Of a stretch of DNA of 42,053 nt, positions 37,171-42,053 are shown one piece after another. The position numbers and the translations under genes were made by a program. The stretch comes from a virus (Duplodnaviria > Caudoviricetes): IMG/VR virus record IMGVR_UViG_3300033475_001142, positions 1 to 42,053 of that record; one strand, 5' to 3'. Every line of letters begins with the position of its first letter. Position 1 is the first letter of the stretch. Below the pieces are notes generated by a model that was given only the letters and a program-made list of their open reading frames with translations, did no database searches and was not told where the DNA came from.

Positions 37171-37674
37171 TCAATGCGCATCTCGGCGAGCGGTTGCCGC
37201 CTTGCCCTCGTCGGTGATCATCCACTCAATCAGCTTATCCACAGTAACGCCCATATCAGCGTATCCACGCATCGTCGGGCGTCCAGACGCAACCAGCCGG
37301 CCGGATCGCAACTCAGCCAGCAACTCTTCGTCGGTCAGCTTAAAACACTGCTGGACCTGATGCAGCGGCACGATGAGTTTTTCCGGTTCTTCGCGTATGC
37401 GACGCATGACCGTACCAGGATCTGAAGCGTCCAGCGTCTCCATGTCCTCAAACGGCTTGCGCCTCGCCTCAATCCGGTCGGATAGCGGGAGTAACAGGCG
37501 CTCAGCTTCGACAGGCAGCACCATCGGTAGCCCAAGGCCCTTCGGCCAGCGGTTCTGCTTCGCGGCCTCCCAAAGCTGCTCGGCGTCAGGGCCGGAGAAT
37601 AGCCGTACCGCCTTGCGTTTGCGCCATGCGATCCATGCCAGCGTCTGCCAGCCGTTCCAGTGCTCGTCCCGCAT
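37171..37674 (-). CDS. Hypothetical protein, antisense to the late operon
   Basis: 167-aa ORF; W..WQTLAWIAWR and EL..ELRSGRL.A motifs. Confidence 0.6.
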   Translation of the reverse strand: MRDEHWNGWQTLAWIAWRKRKAVRLFSGPDAEQLWEAAKQNRWPKGLGLPMVLPVEAERLLLPLSDRIEARRKPFEDMETLDASDPGTVMRRIREEPEKLIVPLHQVQQCFKLTDEELLAELRSGRLVASGRPTMRGYADMGVTVDKLIEWMITDEGKAATARRDAH

Positions 37675-37795
37675 GCCGGCAGGCTAGCACGAGTTAGGCG
37701 CGCGAGTACCTCCCCAGGTGGCCGCGCCTGATGGGCACGGGCGGTTGCCCATTGCCGCCCGCCGCTCAACCACACAACACACACCGGAGACACCG

Positions 37796-38332
37796 ATGCG
37801 CCCGCTGCTGCTCGCCGCCACGGCACTGCTCGCCACCGCGCCAGCCTATGCCGCGCCAATCGACGCCGGCAGCGTCATGAATATCGTCGGCAACGCCACA
37901 TTCAGCGCCACCGCCATCAGCTTCAGCTCGCCCGCCAATCTCGTGACCGGCACCGGCGTATACACAGCGCTCGGCACCTGCCTCGGCTGCGTCACTGTAT
38001 CCACACCCGTCACCTACAACCCGTTCACGCCGGTCGCCGACCTGTTCAGCGCCACCAACAACGGATTGACGGCGACGGTCAGCGTCACAGCGCAGCTCGA
38101 GGCGCCGGACTACACCGGCAACACGCTGCTCATCGTGGACGCCGCACTGCTGACGCTCACCGGCTTCGATCCGACACCCGGCCGGCTCGCGCTGACGCTC
38201 AACCAGGACACCGGACAGATCTCCGGCTCGTTCTCGTCCACCGTGCAGGGCATCAGCGTGCCGGAGCCTGCGACGCTGGCGCTGCTCGGCATCGGCGCGC
38301 TCGGCCTCGGGCTGGCGCGGCGGAAGGCGTAG
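37796..38332 (+). CDS. PEP-CTERM sorting-domain surface protein 1 (178 aa)
   Basis: Signal peptide MRPLLLAATALLATAPAYA; C-terminus VPEPATLALLGIGALGLGLARRKA; GGAG RBS. Confidence 0.92.
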   Translation: MRPLLLAATALLATAPAYAAPIDAGSVMNIVGNATFSATAISFSSPANLVTGTGVYTALGTCLGCVTVSTPVTYNPFTPVADLFSATNNGLTATVSVTAQLEAPDYTGNTLLIVDAALLTLTGFDPTPGRLALTLNQDTGQISGSFSSTVQGISVPEPATLALLGIGALGLGLARRKA

Positions 38333-38333
38333 C

Positions 38334-38507
38334 GTGACCGAGCCGTCCGTCGAGCAGCGCGTGCGCGAGCGTGCATACGCACTGTGGATACAGGCCGGCA
38401 GGCCGGACGGCCGCTCCGCTGAGTTCTGGCAGCGCGCACGCGATGAGATCGAGCAGGAACTGCTGCAGCAGCAGGACGACGTGATCGACAAGCCGGAGAG
38501 CGTCTGA
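38334..38507 (+). CDS. DUF2934-like protein, 57 aa (not in the ORF track)
   Basis: EQRVRERAYALWIQAGRPDGRSAEFWQRAR. Confidence 0.85.
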   Translation: MTEPSVEQRVRERAYALWIQAGRPDGRSAEFWQRARDEIEQELLQQQDDVIDKPESV

Positions 38508-38680
38508 TGTCGCCCATTGTGCTGATCCTGATCATCTTGCTCATCGTCGTCGCGTTTGGCGGATTCGGCGGCTATCGCTACGGCTGGTATGGGCCGGGAT
38601 ACGGCGGTTACTACGGCTTCGGCATCGTCGGCGTGATCATCGTGGTGTTGCTGATTCTGCTGCTCCTGGGGCGCCTCTGA
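38507..38680 (+). CDS. DUF3309-like two-TM protein, 57 aa (not in the ORF track)
   Basis: MSPIVLILIILLIVVAFGG...GYGG..GFGIVGVIIVVLLILLLLGRL; TGATG coupling. Confidence 0.8.
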   Translation: MSPIVLILIILLIVVAFGGFGGYRYGWYGPGYGGYYGFGIVGVIIVVLLILLLLGRL

Positions 38681-38934
38681 TGCCGCAGCCTGTCTGTAGA
38701 CGGTGCGACGGAAGCGGAATTGAGGTGGAGGCCGGTCTGCTTCCTGGTATTCCGCCGCTTAACTGCCGCATATGCGACGGAGCTGGCAGGCAACCTGTCT
38801 GGGCGCTGTCCGTGGAAGGGTGGGAGATTCAGTTCCGCCGCTGTCAGACTGAGCGAGGCACTGATCTAGAGATGCAAGACATGGCGGTTCGTGTGTTGAC
38901 GCCGGCCATCAGGAAGATTGTGCATGGACGGTAG
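38680..38934 (+). CDS. Small protein with a DnaJ-type zinc finger
   Basis: CRRCDGSG and CRICDGAG. Confidence 0.7.
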   Translation: MPQPVCRRCDGSGIEVEAGLLPGIPPLNCRICDGAGRQPVWALSVEGWEIQFRRCQTERGTDLEMQDMAVRVLTPAIRKIVHGR

Positions 38935-38982
38935 GCTGCCGCCCCTGCTCGTCGTGCTGCTGCTGTTCGGATACCTGCGTTG

Positions 38983-39213
38983 ATGCCGCGCTGGCGTGTC
39001 GAGATGCCGCCGACGCACATCGGGGCCGCAGCACCGCTCGAAATCGTCGAGGCGGACAACGTGGCCATCTCCGGCGCATTGGTGTTCATGCACCTCGGCT
39101 GCATCGTGCGCGCCCTCGCGCCAGGCCAGTGGCTGCACCTGACGCTGCTCGGCGACGACGCGCCGGACGACGCGGGCGACCGCTACACCGCCGCCACGCA
39201 GGCGTGCCGGTGA
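38983..39213 (+). CDS. Hypothetical protein
   Basis: Coupled run; V.AD.V.ISGALVF......V.ALAPGQW. Confidence 0.6.
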   Translation: MPRWRVEMPPTHIGAAAPLEIVEADNVAISGALVFMHLGCIVRALAPGQWLHLTLLGDDAPDDAGDRYTAATQACR

Positions 39214-39278
39214 CGATCCGGCTGCTCACCGGCGATTGCCGCGACGTAATGGTGGATATCTGGTTCAGCGTGGGATAG
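39210..39278 (+). pseudogene. Orphaned original 5' end of the DNA methyltransferase gene
   Basis: Encodes VTIRLLTGDCRDV then a stop after 22 codons; matches the MTase start VIKLLTGDCRDV at 39836. Confidence 0.8.
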
Positions 39279-39871
39279 GATAAGCGAGGCCCGATGGTGT
39301 TCCACCACCTATCGGGCCTCTAACCACAACTGATGCTGGAGGCATCCGCCGTGGCTATTCCCAGACGTAGCATAGTTCGAGCCGTGGCCGTGTGTAGGGC
39401 TTGTCGCTGGTCATGGAAACCGACCACAGGCTTGCTCGAGGAATCCTGCCCATCTTGCGGCAAAAGAAAAAGCCTCAGGGTGCGCGGCGATACGAGAGAT
39501 AATCTAGTTGCTTTAAACGCGTGGCGCGCGAAGAATCCTGGCTACGCGACGTTTGCCTCACGGGCCATTAGACGCACAGCGTCGCTACTCGTGGGTAAAG
39601 GCAAGATGCAATGCGTCCGTTGTGGCTGTGATATGGAACAGTTGTTAGAGATTAACCATAAGAATGGCGGCGGGCAGAAGGACTTGCGCGGCAGGAGCCA
39701 GCAATTCTACCGCGATATTGCGCTGCACCGACGTGATGTCGATGACCTCGAACTGCTGTGTAAGCCTTGCAATGCCGTTCATGCCCTAGAGCTAGTCCAC
39801 GGCCCTCTGCCATTTCGTGTTGTGTGGCGCGGCGAGTGATTAAGCTCCTCACTGGGGATTGTAGGGATGTG
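39249..39871 (+). mobile_element. Free-standing HNH endonuclease cassette carrying a recoded MTase start (ends approximate)
   Basis: Lower GC by eye; own promoter-like sequence and hairpins; bounded by duplicated N-terminal coding sequence. Confidence 0.7.
39351..39839 (+). CDS. HNH endonuclease with an N-terminal zinc finger
   Basis: CRAC..CPSC; CVRC...LEINHKNG...LELLCKPCNAVH; GGAGG RBS before the GTG at 39351. Confidence 0.8.
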   Translation: MAIPRRSIVRAVAVCRACRWSWKPTTGLLEESCPSCGKRKSLRVRGDTRDNLVALNAWRAKNPGYATFASRAIRRTASLLVGKGKMQCVRCGCDMEQLLEINHKNGGGQKDLRGRSQQFYRDIALHRRDVDDLELLCKPCNAVHALELVHGPLPFRVVWRGE

Positions 39872-41458
39872 CTCGCCACGCTGCCGGCGTGCAGTGTGCA
39901 TACAGTTGTAACCTCGCCGCCGTATTACGGCCTCCGCGACTATGGCACGGCGCAGTGGGAAGGCGGCGACGCGGCGTGCGATCATGTGCGCCCTGTGACG
40001 TATCTCGCGAGCACGTTGGGTGCATCGACTGGCGGGAGGAGTCCAGAGACGCATGCGCGTAGTATTGGCGCTCAGACCACGCCCTATCGCGACGTATGCG
40101 GCAAGTGCGGTGCGCGGCGCATAGACCGGCAGCTCGGGCTGGAGGCGACGCCCGAGGCGTATCTGGCGGCGATGGTGGAGGTGTTCCGCGCGGTGCGGCG
40201 CGTGCTCCGCGACGATGGGACGTGCTGGGTGAATATCGGCGATAGCTACGCCTCGCAGCCCGCTGGAAATCGTATACCAAGCGGCATTAGCCAGAATACG
40301 CCTAAGCGGCTGGCAACCGACTTGGAGAGATACAACACGCAGGGCAAGAGTTGGGGCGACGCCAAGCCCAAGGACCTGCTGCTGATGCCGGCGCGGCTGG
40401 CGCTGGCGCTGCAGGCGGACGGCTGGTGGGTGCGCTCCGACATCATCTGGCATAAGCCGAACCCGATGCCCGAGTCATGCACCGACCGGCCCACGTCAGC
40501 GCACGAGCACGTCTTTCTGCTCAGCAAGCGGGCGCGCTACTACTACGACAGCGCGGCCATCGCTGAGCCGGCCATCAACGCCGGGCGTGTTGTGGACTAC
40601 GACGGCACGCAGAAGAATTGCAGCGCTGGTGATGCGACGAATGACATGCGGACGCGCATACAGCGACCCGTCGAGGTTGGTGCCACACGCGCCTGTCGGA
40701 ACGTCTGGACGATCCCCACTGCGCCGTTCAGCGAGGCCCATTTCGCGACCTTCCCGCCCCAGTTGGTGGAGCGGTGCATCCGTGCCGGCACCAGCGAGCG
40801 CGGCTGCTGCGCGGCGTGCGGCGCGCCGTGGGTGAGGGTGACGGAGCGCAACCTGGACAATATCCCGACGCGCATGGCGACGAAGCGGGCGCCCGTCGAT
40901 TGTGAGGCAATGGCGGCGTATCTGCGGGAGCGCCGTGAGGCGCTGGGTCTGTCACGCTCTGCTGTCGATGCCGCCTTAGGAACACGCACACTCTATTCGT
41001 GGTTCGAGGGGCGTCCTGCCGGCATTGAGCCGCCGACGCCAGAGCAATGGACGAAGCTGAAGAGCGTTCTGGCGCTCGATGACCGATTTGACGAGCAGAT
41101 ATACGGGACGGTGGAGGTGGAGATCACCGACCACTCTCCGTCAAAGGCTCCGGGCGTTCGCACTTACGCCAAGGCATGGAACGCAGAGACCACCACCACC
41201 GGCTGGCGCGCCTCCTGCCAGTGCGACGCCGACGTGGTGCCCTGCACGGTGCTGGACCCGTTCGTCGGCAGCGGCACAACTGCCCTGGTGGCGGATCGCC
41301 TGCAGCGCCACGCCATCGGCATCGACTTGAGCATCGACTACGCCGCGATGGCGCAGCGCCGGCTGGAGGACGACTGCCCGCTGTTCACGTCCTGGGCGCC
41401 GGCTGAGCATCCGGTGGAGACGGAGATCGCCGACCTGTTCAGTGTCGCAGCGGACTGA
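39836..41458 (+). CDS. Beta-class N4-C/N6-A DNA methyltransferase with Cys-rich and HTH insertions
   Basis: TSPPY (motif IV) precedes DPFVGSG (motif I); IIWHKPNPMPES; HFATFP. Confidence 0.92.
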   Translation: MIKLLTGDCRDVLATLPACSVHTVVTSPPYYGLRDYGTAQWEGGDAACDHVRPVTYLASTLGASTGGRSPETHARSIGAQTTPYRDVCGKCGARRIDRQLGLEATPEAYLAAMVEVFRAVRRVLRDDGTCWVNIGDSYASQPAGNRIPSGISQNTPKRLATDLERYNTQGKSWGDAKPKDLLLMPARLALALQADGWWVRSDIIWHKPNPMPESCTDRPTSAHEHVFLLSKRARYYYDSAAIAEPAINAGRVVDYDGTQKNCSAGDATNDMRTRIQRPVEVGATRACRNVWTIPTAPFSEAHFATFPPQLVERCIRAGTSERGCCAACGAPWVRVTERNLDNIPTRMATKRAPVDCEAMAAYLRERREALGLSRSAVDAALGTRTLYSWFEGRPAGIEPPTPEQWTKLKSVLALDDRFDEQIYGTVEVEITDHSPSKAPGVRTYAKAWNAETTTTGWRASCQCDADVVPCTVLDPFVGSGTTALVADRLQRHAIGIDLSIDYAAMAQRRLEDDCPLFTSWAPAEHPVETEIADLFSVAAD

Positions 41459-41472
41459 GCTACACTGGCGGC

Positions 41473-41592
41473 ATGAGCGACTGGCGGCGTGTTCTGCTCG
41501 CGATCCTCGCCCTGGCGGCGGTGGGCACCACGGTGTTCCGCGGCGTGCCCGGCCGGATGATGGACCCGGCCTGCTGGCCCGAGTGTCCGTAA
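41473..41592 (+). CDS. Possible 39-aa single-TM peptide
   Basis: MSDWRRVLLAILALAAVGTTVFRGVPGRMMDPACWPECP*. Confidence 0.4.
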   Translation: MSDWRRVLLAILALAAVGTTVFRGVPGRMMDPACWPECP

Positions 41593-41749
41593 AGATTTCC
41601 GACACACAAGGTGTTTCGTTGCCCGAATCCTGGGTAGAAACGCAACATAGTTGCACGATTCTGGGTTGTTTGTCGGAACTCTTTACACTCTGGCCTTCCG
41701 GGCCACGCCTACACTCCGACAGGGCGCCTTCCGCCCGAAGGAGGACGAC

Positions 41750-42053
41750 ATGAGGACACTCTTACTCGCTGGCGCTGCCACGCTGGCACTCGCCACCGCC
41801 GCCCAGGCCGGCCAGATCTCCGCTGGATCGGTGCTGAACATCGTCGGCAACGCCAATTTCGACGCCAACGCGGTGACGTTCACCAACCCGGCCAATCTGG
41901 TGAATGGATCTGGCGACTTCGCCGCTCTTGGCACCTGCATCGGCTGCGTCACCATGACGACGCCGCTGTTCTACAACCCGCCGGTGTTCGGCCAGGCCTA
42001 CACCGCCACCAACAACTCGCTGACGGCCAGCTTCGACCTGCTGTCGCTCGACA
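41750..42053 (+). CDS. N-terminal part of PEP-CTERM-type protein 2 (continues into 3-341)
   Basis: AAGGAGG RBS; signal peptide MRTLLLAGAATLALATAAQA; the ATG at 41954 (equivalent to position 3) is in frame. Confidence 0.88.
   Translation, partial: MRTLLLAGAATLALATAAQAGQISAGSVLNIVGNANFDANAVTFTNPANLVNGSGDFAALGTCIGCVTMTTPLFYNPPVFGQAYTATNNSLTASFDLLSLD
41952..42053. repeat. Exact 102-bp terminal overlap (copy 2)
   Basis: Identical to 1-102. Confidence 0.95.

Noticed and set aside
37733-37748. Sigma-54 promoter before PEP-CTERM gene 1 (GGCACG...TTGC)
   Set aside because: GG-to-GC spacing is 11 nt instead of the strict 10; the candidate before gene 2 lacks the GG.
39249-39871. Group I intron or intein in the MTase
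   Set aside because: Only about 100 nt of non-coding sequence, no recognisable catalytic core or intein termini, and the duplicated start makes splicing unnecessary.

Overview
This window looks like a complete, circularly permuted genome (about 41,951 bp; bases 1-102 repeat exactly at 41952-42053) of a GC-rich, P22-like short-tailed phage. A GcrA homologue points to an alphaproteobacterial host. The gene order is: terL, accessory genes (sigma-70 region-4 protein, ADP-ribosyltransferase-like protein), portal, scaffold, N4-gp56-type capsid, adaptor, several fibre genes, gp10-like tail hub, a 2OG-Fe(II) hydroxylase plus cupin, and three ejection proteins (one with an SLT domain). Then come a leftward RHH 'moron' operon, a 660-aa lyase-like protein, leftward early genes (RecT-like), a CI/Cro switch with operators, GcrA/VRR-NUC/ParB/DnaA-domain IV genes, an initiator with iterons, a NusG-like antiterminator and terS. 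A ~6.3 kb accessory island separates terS from terL across the junction. Main highlights: (1) two paralogous phage-encoded PEP-CTERM surface proteins with no phage exosortase; (2) an HNH cassette inserted into the 5' end of a DNA methyltransferase gene that supplies a recoded replacement N-terminus; (3) three covarying hairpin/pseudoknot repeats in the capsid leader; (4) a nested, triplicated head-tail adaptor; (5) a hydroxylase+cupin pair inside the virion module; (6) no recognisable integrase, ParA or endolysin. All family calls come from motif recognition by eye and gene context; no database searches were run.
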